A stretch of DNA of 64,000 bases from Podarcis erhardii (lineage: Eukaryota), in assembly GCA_964252035.1 (NCBI GenBank), contig OZ176205.1; one strand, 5' to 3'. Each line of letters starts with the position of its first letter. The first letter of the stretch is position 1. The position numbers and the translations under genes are program-made. The notes under the pieces are model-generated. The model made no database searches, was not told the origin of the DNA, and saw only the letters and a list, made by a program, of their open reading frames with translations. Of this stretch, positions 1 through 36,959 are shown piece by piece.

Positions 1-144
1 CATTTCCATTTAACATGTCGTTAGCTCGTGATGTGAAAATCATGTATTATTTGATTCTCCCCCCCTCCTATTCCCTACTGCATTATGCATTATATATTTT
101 CCTTTGCTGTGAGTCACTTGGAGACCTTTGGGTGAAAAACCACA

Positions 145-187
145 TAGTAGTAGTAGTAGTAGTAGTAGTAGTAACAACAACAACAAT
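145..187. repeat. (TAG)n(AAC)n microsatellite at a retroelement tail
   Basis: Direct reading. Confidence 0.85.
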
Positions 188-1610
188 TTAGCTGAATGTC
201 CAAAACTGGGTCAATTGATCATGACTGTCTCCATATTTCTAAGCCAAATAATCAGTTTCAAGCAGCCCGTATGGGTTTTAATTAATGGACTGGCGATGTC
301 ACTTCATTAAAGCATCTGGTTCAAAATCAAGCTGGGTTCAAAAACAGCTTACATGTTGCATTGCTTCAACAAAGGCACAATGTGGGAAACTCTCTGAAGA
401 GTCTACCTGGACCTTCAACTGCCTGTGTTTCAATAACCTACCTGGTACTTTATCTGGGTGCTAAGTTTTCTGCCTGTTAAGGACAGGCAGTGGCATGAGT
501 GAGCCATTTAAATATTTAAGTAGTTGAGGCAGGTTGCTGCTCTTAAGAAAGGTGGTATCCCTAAGGTGAGGTTTCTGCCAAGTAAAAACGGTGAGGAATC
601 TTTCGTGTAGAGGAAGGAGAACTGCCTGTTTGCCAATTTCCTCCCTTTCAACTTTGAATGTAGGCTCCTATTGTGTTTTCTGGGAAGTTGATTGTCTGAG
701 GTCTCCTGCCTTCACCCACCTAGGTTGCTTCAAACCCTCACTTGACTGAGCTCTTTGGTTTATCAAATTCAGACATGTATAAATCCAGACAGCTGGGTAG
801 TCACTATGAACCCCAGGCACATATATGACAAACCATAAAACAGCAGCATCTCACAGCAAACTGGGTTAAATATGTGAAACAGAAGCATTTCTTGTCAAAA
901 CAGACATTTCAGGTTAAACTCAACTGCTGAAGAAAGACGTATAAAACTGCTGCAGATGAAACAAATACTGTATTGCTCTCCCGCTTTCTGTAGCAAATTT
1001 TTAATTTTTAATTGCAGGACACTGCTTTTTAACACATTTGTAGCAGGCACAAAACTGGAGCGCTAGAACATGGCATACAACAATTAGCCGACACTCCGTA
1101 ATCAGCCCTCGATAGAAGGAAACATAAAAAGTGCATGAAACTGAAGCAACAATGAAGAACTGGGACACCACATGATATATTCAGTTTTATCTTCCCTGAA
1201 GTTGCAATGGGGTCAGAGTGCTCCGACAAAGGAGCAGCTGAGCAGAAGAGGTCACAGATAATGGCACCATCTCAGAGAAACCAAACTACATCCTGTGTTA
1301 TCAGGCAGTATCTTGAAGGCTTTTAGTCTAATGAGAAAGCAGTGGTGGCAGTCCCTGGGATTGAGGTGAAGGAACAGAAAAGCTGCAGCAAGGGAACTGG
1401 TGGGTTGACTAAATAAAGAGTTGGAAAGCTCCCAGCACTCCCACTGCTACCCATGATCCTTCCTCACTAACCCACAATAACAATTTTGCTAGTTCATAAT
1501 AAAGCATCTATTACACTCTTTCCCTTGCTTTTTATATTATTAAGGACTACAAGCTGTCTACATTATTTCAAATGGAAATCTCCTTAGCATTAAAAAAAAA
1601 AATCATTTTA

Positions 1611-26004
<24,394 letters not shown>

Positions 26005-27448
26005 AATGCCTCTATACTGCAGAGTAGACTGTACCTGGAAGGGGGGAAAGGAGAAAACAGATTTAAAATTAATTTTAATTGATATTACTTTGGTTGCAAA
26101 GGACACTGTTTCCACAAAATATAGCCATGCATATTGCAAACACTTGGCACTAAGAAGTGCAACCCTTAGCCCAATGTGAACGTATAGTTTTTCATGTGCA
26201 GATGTGTATCCTGCAGTACAGAAGTTGCTGTTATTTTGCCACCCCTTGAACTTTTATCAGCTGACATAACTCTTCCACTCACCATGGTTTATTCTTTAGT
26301 TTGCTTTAGCTGGAAAGCAGAACCAGCAAGCCTCTCTGACACTTAAGAATGTGCTTTTAATAGTTACTTTCCATTTTTATCCAGATTGTAACTTTGGTTC
26401 CTATTATGGCCACTGGAAACAGTTCATGCAACTGACAACACTGGAGTGCAATAATATTATTGTAGTGTCAGAGTATACTGGCACTTCTTTCTCAACTATC
26501 ACTCAGACCAACAAAGAGCCACCTCTCACTAATACACAGAAGCTGCTTGAAACCTCTTCTGTGCAGAAAAGCCATGCACTTCCACAAGCTTGCCATGGTG
26601 ATTGGGTCTCATCACACATTTTAGCTCCACATTACTGAAAAATATTCAGAAGAGGGAGCACAGAAAAAGGAAGAAGTTGAACCTCAAAGAGACAGCAGTG
26701 CACCATGTATCCCATGGAGGCAACTCCAAGCACCCCACACGAAATAAGTGCATGCTAAGGAGCAGGCTAGGGTTAGGAGATAGACTTCATTCTGTATGTT
26801 AAGTCAGTATTGCACTTGGGGAGGCAGTTGCACATAACCTGCCACATTTACCTTGGTTCTTCTCCCCATTACTGCTGCCCTGGGTTTCCGCCTTCTAGCC
26901 ACAAAGGCCTATACAAGTAAACCCTTCTTAAAGGCTAGAAGGTGCACCCAGTTTAGTTGCCCACAGTGAAGGAACTTCAGAGAGACTATATGGGAAGATG
27001 CAGTTGCTGCCATATTGAGACATGACTGAAGGCTATTGTGTGCTGTTTTCAGTCTACATATGTTATTTGAATATTTCAGTTGAGGGGGGTTGTGGTTATT
27101 TTTGCTTTTGATGTGGTTTACTATAACAGTTAGCCACTTTAAGCCATCTCCACTGGACTGGGAAAATGAAATAGAAATTTTAGTATAATGTAGATATAGA
27201 AGTGCATTGTAAAGCGCCCTGGAATATTTACGAGGTGTGGTATATAAATGCCATAAATAAATAAAGAGCTGCTTTGTTTTGGCTTTAAGCCTTAGAAGAA
27301 ACACTAGTTAATAGTTCAGGAAAGCTATTAAAATGGGATAATATGGCAGTGAGTTTGCTGTATACAGACAATGCTGGAATAAAGGCACATTGTTTCTAAT
27401 AGAGTGCTGCATATAAAAGCTATAGTGCATGTGGAGCATGGCCTACAC

Positions 27449-28829
27449 CAGGGGTCCTCAAACTACAGCCCGCCAGGCTCCTAAATCTGGCCCGCCTGGC
27501 CATTGCAGAACCCACCGCGAAGCTGTTGAGGAGACTCAATGCGCTTTGGAGAGCTTGCACCATGATGCCTTTAAGCAGAGCAGGTGGGAGGGAAAGAGGT
27601 GGGTCAGATTTCCCCCCTCCTGGCCCTGCCTTCTGGCCTGTCTCTCCCCATGTATGTCCACCTCCCTCGATCCCAGCCACCATGCTGCTCGCTTGCGCCC
27701 TGCGCTCCACCACACTCTCCACTGTGGCATGCCGCCCGATCCAGCCCTGGCCTCTGTTGTCCTTGCAGTCCAGCTCGGAGGTCCCAGCCTCCTCCTCCTC
27801 CAGCCAGGCTCGCCCTCTGTCTCCTGCGCCTGCAGTGGCCTCCACACTGATGGTGAGCTACGCATGGAGGGCAGGGAAAGGGGGAAGAAGGTCGTTCGCA
27901 AGGACCGCAGGGCTCCTGCGCTTACTCAAGAGGAAGCCCCCCTTGGGGCCGCTGGGGATTGTGTCTGAGGAAAAAGACAGCCACCACCATCCTAGCGAGT
28001 TTTTGTCCTGGGAAAAGTGCTCGGGGGCTGGGATGCGATCCAAGGCACGCTTGCTCGTGAGGAATCCCCCTCAGCATTGGGTAGCTCACGAGTAAACGTC
28101 TGCCTGCCATCCAAGAGGAGCCCAGGCGGAGGCAGGCTTTGAAAAAAAAAAAATGGGTATGGGTTCATCTGAATCCCACCCCACCCCTCAGAAGCAGGAT
28201 TTCCATCCCACATTTTTTCTCCCAGGAGCTCAAGGTCTGTGGTTTTTGCCCTCCGCATTTATTCCGCGAAACCCCCAATGAGACACGTTCAGATCAAGCA
28301 GCCTCACTAATTTCTATGCATCTCTCCCCTCTGAGACATTTCTTAATCTCAGGAACCATGCACTCAAAATTGCAACCATCTTTGGCAGCACCTATGTCTG
28401 TGAACAGAGTTTTTCCCAAATGAAACATGTGAAATCTCCAACCAGATCCGGACTAACTGATGAACACTTGCATCACTTGCTACAACTAGCAGTGAGAAAT
28501 ATGGAACCAGATATTGACCATCTCATTAGCCAAAAGCAGGCCCATACTTCCCATTGAAATACTTATAAGTTTATGATTCAAGTAGGTAGCCATGTTGGTC
28601 TGACGCAGTTGGAAATTATTATTTTTTAAATTCATATAAGTTTATGTTGATTAAAATCATTCTTGCATTTAAATATTGTATTTTTTTCCTGTTTTTTGTG
28701 CACTACAAATAAGATATCTGCAGTGTGCATAGGAATTCGTTCATATTTTTTTCAAACTATAGTCCGGCCCCCAACAGTGTCTGAGGGACAGTGAACCGGC
28801 CCTCTGTTTAAAAAGTTTGAGGACCCGTG
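27449..28829 (+). mobile_element. Non-autonomous hAT-Charlie DNA transposon, OC1/OposCharlie1-like, internally deleted
   Basis: TIRs CAGGGGTCCTCAAACT...AGTTTGAGGACCCGTG; 8-bp TSD GCCTACAC (27441-27448, 28830-28837) with central TA; transposase C-terminal remnant; right end (...GTCTGAGGGACAGTGAACCGGCCCTCTGTTTAAAAAGTTTGAGGACC) matches my recollection of OC1. Confidence 0.88.
28282..28557 (+). pseudogene. hAT transposase C-terminal dimerisation-domain fragment
   Basis: Open frame without start: ...NLRNHALKIATIFGSTYVCEQSFSQMKHVKSPTRSGLTDEHLHHLLQLAVRNMEPDIDHLISQKQAHTSH*; the FGSTY.CEQ.FS.MK...R..LTDEHL motif is typical of Charlie-type hAT transposases. Confidence 0.88.
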
Positions 28830-30039
28830 GCCTACACTATGCTAGGCATGGTCTGTGCAGTGATCAGCAGAACCTCATGAATGATGCATTGTATCCATGG
28901 AAAATGTAGCACAGTGACCAAATGTATTACAGTAGGTTATATACCTGGAACTTCACAAACAGCTCAACTAGTCATCTTGTGTTTCACGTGCTTACGCAAA
29001 AGGATACCTCTGTGATTCTGGTAGTTAAGTAGCGTGTACACATGCTACATTAAGAAAGCCTGTCTCAAAAAGTACTAATAACTTGTGTCCCTTCAGTGCC
29101 AGTCACTATGTTGACATAAAACTGGTTAACTTCTAAAAATGGAAGTGGCAGAACTCAGGAATCCTTGGAACTTGCATCTTCCGATCTGGAAGCGCCAGCC
29201 CCTAATCCCAAGTGTATCTAAGCCTGCTCACTATGCTTGGCCATGTATATTAGAGAAGGAAACGTATCAGAGGTACTACTTCCCCTACAAGTCTAAAAGA
29301 AAAATCTGCAGTAGTGAAATTGATTTTCTTCTTCTCTTGAATAGATGTCTATCTTCCACTCAGCACCAAAAGAAAAGAGTTGACAGAAAGTGGCCTTTCA
29401 ATCAGGACTGCCATAAAATTGGGAGATGTATATAAATAACATTTATCCAAAGGGGTGGGGTGGGGAGCTGAACTAAAACCCTTTAGCAGTATAACCTCCT
29501 CCCACAAATATATTCTTTCACCTTTGTCACAAACAGAGAAAGTACTGTACTCAGAACAAAGCTGATACATTCAGAAGGATATCCTCCACTCCCACACACT
29601 TCCTAAGGAATCAACTTTTATTTCCTGGACAAGAAAATGGCTTACAGCCAGAAATTTCCTGTGTGGAAGAATAGGAAACAGTCACATGCTTGCCACTTCT
29701 CTGTCAGAAGGACTGTACATTAGGATGGTAGACATTCCAACTAGTTCAGGATAATGAAGTATAAAATGCCGCCTTCTGACAAGGAGAGAGCAGTCCCACA
29801 TCCAGCGGATCACTAAGAAGCAGGAGTAGACTTAGAGCAAGAATATTCATTTGGTCCAGGGTGGGGGAGGAAATTAAGACATTTGCTGGGGGAGGTGGGT
29901 TAAAAAAAAGTTTCTTCTGCTTTGTACTTGCTGTCCTACTTGCAACCACTTCTTTTGGTTTTCATATGCATTTCTCAGATGAGAGGAATCAGTTGTAGAC
30001 AGGAGAGCTAAGCCTGTCATCACCTTCTCTCTTTGAAGC

Positions 30040-31740
30040 CAGCTACTGTTATCCTTGAGTCTACAGTTGCCTCATTCTTCTCCACTCCCACTCTTATTCT
30101 TAGCAACTTCAATATCCATATTGACTCACATTCTGAATCTTGTTCAGCACTTCCTCACACAAGTTCTTTTGCTTTCACCCACTCTTCTATACACCAATTT
30201 ATTCTGCGTTGGCAAAACAAGACTACAGCCTGCCTAGTCTTTTGTTTTTAATGTCTGCTAGACCCCAAGTCAGTTTACCAGTGGCACAGAATGAAATGCC
30301 ACTCCACCAGCCACCACTGAGCCAAGTGCTCCATAAACTGTATAGAGTGCTCAGACATTTCCTAAGAACTCCAATCTGCTCAGACCAATGGTGGCTAGAG
30401 GAAAGGAGCTTTGTTCAGCATCATTACCAACGGTAAACTGGGCTGGGAGCTGGAGCGTAGCATCACAGTGCTGGGCAGGGCAGAGTGGTTTAAACCTCTC
30501 CGCCCAGTTGAGCACCACAATGGGAAATAAAATACTCCATGCTCCTCTGTTGATCTTCACAGATCAGCTGAGCTGCAGGAAGGCAGAGGATATGCAGTGT
30601 GATCATGCCATGTTTGGTCTAAACAGCCCTGAGTGGTGGGTGTGACAATGAGGAAATGTGACCCTTGGACCAAAAAAGGTTCATCACCCAGTCTTAGATC
30701 TTGCAATATGAAGAAATGAATTGATTGTTAGTCTTCATTCTGCTCATTTTCCTCTCTCAAATCATTTTGTTTGCTTTAATTTCTTCCATTTAATTTTTCC
30801 TCTAAGGCTGTATCCAACACTGTGCACTAATGCAACACGTTTTCCTCTTCCTCCCCCTGTGCCTCCTAAAAATATGCTCCAGAGAGTGCTCCAGCTGTCT
30901 GAAGTGGATTTGAGAGTTGGGGAGTGGGGAAAGTTCTGCTGCACAAGCAGAAGTTTGCTGCACTAGCAGAACTGCAGTGTTGGACATGTCCCAAAGTTTC
31001 TGAACCATTTGAGAACTTCGTTTTCTACACTTGGATATCTGTGGGAACTCATCAGTCTTTTCTCTTGCAATCTCCTTATTCTGCAGTTGTGTATTTTGTG
31101 TTCTGAATGGTCACACATTAGACTATTTTGCTCTGGTTTCCGTCATACAACTAATATTCTGCTTTAGGAGTCTCCCTTTTTATCTTATTTTTATTCCTAC
31201 ATCAAAGCTGCTGAACATCTCTGCAAATCTCAGTAACTCCACTCATTATGAATTAATGCGTTCATTCTGCTCACGTGCTTTAATTCTAAGCAATATTACT
31301 CATCTCGCCTTATTTTTATCAGTAAAAGTGTTCTCTTTAACTATGCTCTTCTTCGTTGGGTTGCAATATTCTGATATAATTCTCTGTCACTCTTGCTGAA
31401 TCTTCATCCTCCTTTTGCTATTCTCTATATTCTGCTTCTGACAACATTCTTCTTTAGTTAAACCCACCAGTACTTCTTTACTTTATCCAGTATATCTCTT
31501 GTTCTGTCCCCGCCTCCCTGTCCTTTTCTCCATTTCTTTCTCTCTTATGGTGTTGTTCCCTTTGCTTTTATATACGCTATGCTATTTCCCCTGATACTTT
31601 AAAAAGCCTTCTGAATCCTCCTCCTCCCTAGAACTGTTATTCTTTTTCTGTTCTCTCATTCCTACACTTCAACAACCAATGCCTCAGCTTTGTTTCTCCA
31701 ATTCCCCTTTTGACACTTTCCAATCTGGTTTCTGCTCTGT
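30040..31740 (+). mobile_element. Ancient, highly decayed L2 relic
   Basis: Endonuclease-like ILSNFNIHID at ~30095-30125; RT-like DTFQSGFC at ~31710-31740; long pyrimidine-rich body. Confidence 0.4.
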
Positions 31741-34700
31741 GTAAACTGAAGTTTTAAAACTGCTTTTCTGTTTAAGGTATCCTCAAGATAGCATACAAGA
31801 AAACAAAGTTAGCAGAATTTTCAAAAACCATGATGCTTTATTAAGAAAAGACAGACGAGATAAAATTTTGAGCAGCACAGAATGAAGCAAAATCAGCCAC
31901 AGAAAAAGTCAGCCGCATCAAAACTACCAAATACAGGAGGGGCAACTAAAGGACATGTTAAAGGACAGAAAACAGTGGTGAAAAATTAATAGGGGAAGGA
32001 GGAAGTTCCAGAGTCTGGTTGCTACAACTGAGAAGGCATTGTTCCACATTTCCAACTGCACTTCCCAGCCACAATAGTGGAACACAGAACAGGACCTCCC
32101 CAGGGTCCTCAATAAGTGGGTGGGATCATTAGAACATGTAGTCCTTTAAATATGCTAATTATAAATCGGCTAAGCCATAGGACAAACCTTGGTTATACAT
32201 GGTTAGTCTGGAGGGAGCTTAACCTTCAGATGACACGATAAGCCACACTATGGCTTAGCACAGCAGTGAAATGACTGGAAAGGAGCAAAGTGGCCAGAAT
32301 CTGCCCTGTGGGAACCACTAGGTTTATGCTTTACCATTATTTGGCTTAGCGTGACATGCAATGCAAGCCCATGTGTTCTCTTCGCGGTCTTCCTTTACTG
32401 ACCCAATTAAGTTTCAATTTACAAGTATTTTCCTGCTCTTACCCCTTATCTGTCTTAGTTACTTTTTCCTTTCTCCCTTCATTCATGAAATGATAATATT
32501 ATTATTATTATTAAACCTTCATTTCCTTGTGCCATTTCCTGTGCAGATGCTATCTCTTTCACTCCCCTGGCCCTTGATGCATGGAATTCTCTCCTCTCAG
32601 CAAGCATCCTCTTGTCCTCCTTTAATATAAGCTCATCTCTTCTCTGTTGCATTTCCCCCCTGGTGTCATTCTATTTTTATACCCTTCTTACTGTTAGGCT
32701 AATTATTATACAGGTTTTACTGTAACTGTCGGCTGACAGAAAGAAAACACCAGCAGAATAGGGAGGCAGGCAAGTATCAGTACTCCCCCCCCCCCTGCAG
32801 TACCACACATCCCTAAATCTGTTCTGAAGGGTTGGGGGACTCTTTAAACCCAATTCAGGGGGCATTGCAGCAAGCAGGGAGGGAATTATTTCCCTCCATG
32901 CCCAATTGGTGTACTACTTGTGTAAGCAGACAAGATCTATTGGATGCCAACAGATTTTTCTTCACTTTAAAGTTTGTACACTACACATTAATTCAACTTT
33001 AGAAATAGGCAGAAATAGAAACATAATTCATCTTTATTAGCTAAGCTGAGAAATGACCAAGCACGTGCATGTAGTCCAGTCTCTCAGTGTGCTGTAGTTT
33101 GGTCCCCATGGCACCCACTCTTGCTGTACCACATTAAGTTAACTGAACATAGTTGCCTGTTTTGGCTGAAATAGGAAATGGTCATTAGCAGATTTCAAAT
33201 AAGCCAGGAACCTAAAACTGTATTTTGAAGTTAGTCTAGAATACCACCTCATTCCAAACTAGGCAACGTTTCCCATTTCATATGAAACAGGCAACTATGA
33301 TCAATTGAGCACTTCCTGGCTCACTGTGGTACACCAAGAATGGGAGCCATGGGGCTAAGTACAGGGGCAAGAAGGTCTGTGCATACTGAGCCATGGTATT
33401 ATCGTCCAAACACAGCCACTGTTAATTTGTTCCCTAACATCAAAAATCCAAACATCAGTAATTATAGCCTAATGGAGAATTTAATAATGTACTGAAATAT
33501 TGTGTGTCATCTTGCTTCCTTGGCAACCTCTTCAAACACGTAACATGGATGGAATAGGGAACCTATGGTCCTATAGGTATTGTTTGACTCCAACCCCATC
33601 AGTCCCAGCCGCACGGCCAATGTTCAGGGATGGCAGTAGTTGTATTCAAACAACATATGAAGGTCCACACTCCACAGGTTCCCCATTGCACACTTTGGGG
33701 GAACTTCACAGAAGGCCCAAGGACAATTAGCGCTATGTACTGAAGGGCGATCAGAGAGCCAAAATAGCTTGAGAAGCAGAACGGTTGAGACCCAAAAGAT
33801 AGGAAAGAAGAAAGAAGAGGATGGAGTTTAAAAAACCCCAAACACCAGCAGACCCTGTACTAACACTTAAAATTCTTAACTCCCCAGTTCTAGGAGGAGC
33901 TTTAGAGCAGGGAGCTGGTGAAGAGGGCCAGTACATTATGGAGAAGTTGATGACATATCTTGCACACAGAGCTGTAGGAGAGGCTACTCCGTTATTATTT
34001 GATTTGTATTCCTCCTTTCAACCTGAGAGTTCCCAGGACAGTTGATGTGAAGGGAGGCAACAACATATGTAACTTACTTGACCATGCCCAAAGCTTCTCC
34101 TAGTCCTACAGAATAGTTTTGGTTGTGTGTGTGGTTTTTTTAAAAGTAATAAAGATTTAATTAAATCTGCTGGCTTTTTCCAAACAAAGTTTGTAGAGCC
34201 TTGAGGGCAAGCCAAGTATTTTCTTTTCAGAGCTGGTTCCTTTGGGCTTTGAATGTAAGCCTTTCCTATAGAACTCACCTAAGGAACATTTTAACTACTA
34301 CTATTTGTTTATTATTGTTCCGATTATATTGGAGCCAGGATAGTATTTCTAAGCTTTTAAATCTCCATATATAAGACCAAACAGAGCCACTCACTTCAAT
34401 CCTAAACATATTTACCAAGCAGTCTGTCTGCTTGAAATCAACAGACTTCACACAACCCAAACATTTACATAAGTATAATATAAAAACAAAAATGTAGTAA
34501 GAGCAGAAACACAACCTTTTTTGTGAATGCCTACCAAGATAAATGGTTTCGTACACCTTCAAGAAGGCAATGAGATTAACAATGTACCTCTTGGAAATGG
34601 GTAATACTTAGGGCCGTTACAGTATGGACACTACTTCTAGTCTACCCACAAAGGGAAGAGGATCATAAGAGCATGGGATCTACAGAATGCAGACAGTATG

Positions 34701-36959
34701 GAGGTTCAAAACAAGAGGGGGGAGTCTCTCAAGTATTTAGGTCTCAAAAAATGAAAGGCTTTAAAGGGCAAGTGCCATAAGCTTAAGCTGGACACAGATG
34801 CAAACAACAAGCCAATGTATTTGCCACATTGTTGAATATGCTCCCACTTCCCTGTCAGGAAATTAGTAGTGGCATTCTGCACAATAGTCTAACAGGCAGA
34901 TTCACATAATTGCATTACAGTAGTAAACCTTACATGTTACAAAAAGCAGATAAATAAAGCAAGATAACTGACCTCCAAATGTGCACAGCCTACGCACGAA
35001 ACATAATTGACAAAAAGCATTCCCGGCTTCCAGCTTATCTGGGGTCTTAAGTTTATAATACAAGAAATGAAGAAATGCATCCACATGTTGCATTATTTTT
35101 CTCAAATGCTGAGTTTTTCTTATATATTTGCATAACTGTTGTGTTGTTCATTATGTCTGCTACCATTATGCTTACAAAAGAATAGTGCTCCAGAGGATTC
35201 CTTACTTAGTGCATTGTATTGTTATGGAAGGGGAGGGAGTATGCAAAAATGCCCCTTCAGCACCACACCATAAAGGTAGACACCTTCCCCATTCTCTCTT
35301 ACAAAATTTTACTATGGTATATTGTGCTCCCAAACAAAGATCTCCTTTTTGCTCTTCTGCATTTTCACATAACAAGAACAATGACACATACTCTCTGGTA
35401 TACTTATTTTCGATCTGCTTCATGTGGAGTTTTTTGTTCATAGATGTACAACCACACTGCTTTGCCACAGCAGAAATACCACAACTGCATGTTTTTGCAA
35501 GAGCAACAACCCCACCCCATTGCTTTGTATTTTGATATTTTGAATGTTTGTTGTAAGCTGCTTTGGACACAGCTCACACATATATTCAGAATGGCATGTA
35601 GACCACTGAAGGGATATAGAGTGGGAAGAAATGCTATTCAGCTAATCCGCAATAATTATCTTAAGTTATTTTATGTATGGTCTTTCAATAAGTGTTACTA
35701 TTCTGAGTACTTTTTCCGATTGGGTTGCTGAGGGCTGAAAATGGCTTATGTGCACATGATCTGAGCCTATAATTTGCCAGGTTCTTAGGTTAATTGCTGC
35801 ATTTTTACTTTTATTTTTTAGAACTTCAAAACAAAACAAACCAATATATAACCACATACAAATTCATAGGTATTGTGGGCAGGATTCTACTTCTACTTTC
35901 ATAAGGACTTCTACTTGCAGAATGAGGCTTTCTCCTCCTGCCTTTGAAACTGGCTTGGGGAGGGTCAGGAAAGCCCCCAGAACTGCATGGGAGAGAATAC
36001 AATACTTGCACAGATAGAACAATCAGAAGAGTGCAACACTGAATTCTTTTTTATGAATATGTCCGAGGTATTACATTACCAGGTTTTGAAAAGCAGTCCT
36101 TTTGCAAACCTGTTTTTTTAGTAAAAACAGGATCTTCATAGCAATAACTTTAAAAAACAACTAAATTGGGGAAATCAGCGAGTAGAGTAACTGGCTGTTT
36201 GCCTTCAGGCATGAGACAAAACTGCAAAATCCTGTCAGTAAGAGTATAACTTCTAGCTTCAAAGAAGCCAGGATTTCAAGTTAGGTTTTCAAACAACTAG
36301 GATGAAAGGCAGTAAATACACAGACTGGATTACAGACTACAGCTGCCCCAAATGGAATGAGACAGCCGTCCCCAGCCTCTCGCCCTCCAAATGTTCAGCA
36401 ATAACTCCTATAATCTGTGACTGTGGCTATGCTGGCTGGACCTGATGGGCATGAGGAGCCAACCATAACAGGAGACCCACAGGTTCTGCTCCCCTGCTTT
36501 AAGGGAATAAACTCTTTCCACAAACAGTATTAATACGTAGCATTTATACATAGCGCTTTTTTCAAAGTGCTTCTTGTACATCAGTGTTGCCGATTTTTAC
36601 AACTCCTCTGTCGCAAAGCACTATAATTACCCCTCTTTTTTTGCAGAAAGCTGTGGAGTGCAGCAACAGGCGCAAACAAATTCATGACAACACATGTCTC
36701 CATTTATACCTCAAGTCCCTCTTGATGACATGCCATCAGTATAGTTTCCATCCACCTGAGCTTGACCAACAGTGTCAGCATCTTTGCCTAATAAACATGT
36801 GTCTCTGGCTGTTTAAGTTTAAATCCTGCTACCTATTTCCGAGTTGGGAGAAGAAGTGAACCCAGAATTTGCCAGCTGGCCAACCTTGCCCAGCAGCAAC
36901 AACAACAACAACTACAAACTGGAGTGCAATCGTTAACTCACTCAGGCAGCTGCTGTAGG

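Noticed and set aside
27420-28110. ORFs of 121-189 aa
   Set aside because: They lie in the GC-rich interior of a non-autonomous hAT; multiple frames are open, with no protein-family motifs.
34272-34290. TAG|GTGAGT recursive-splice-like motif in RALGAPB intron 1
   Set aside because: Short pyrimidine tract and an intron of only ~11 kb; no supporting evidence.
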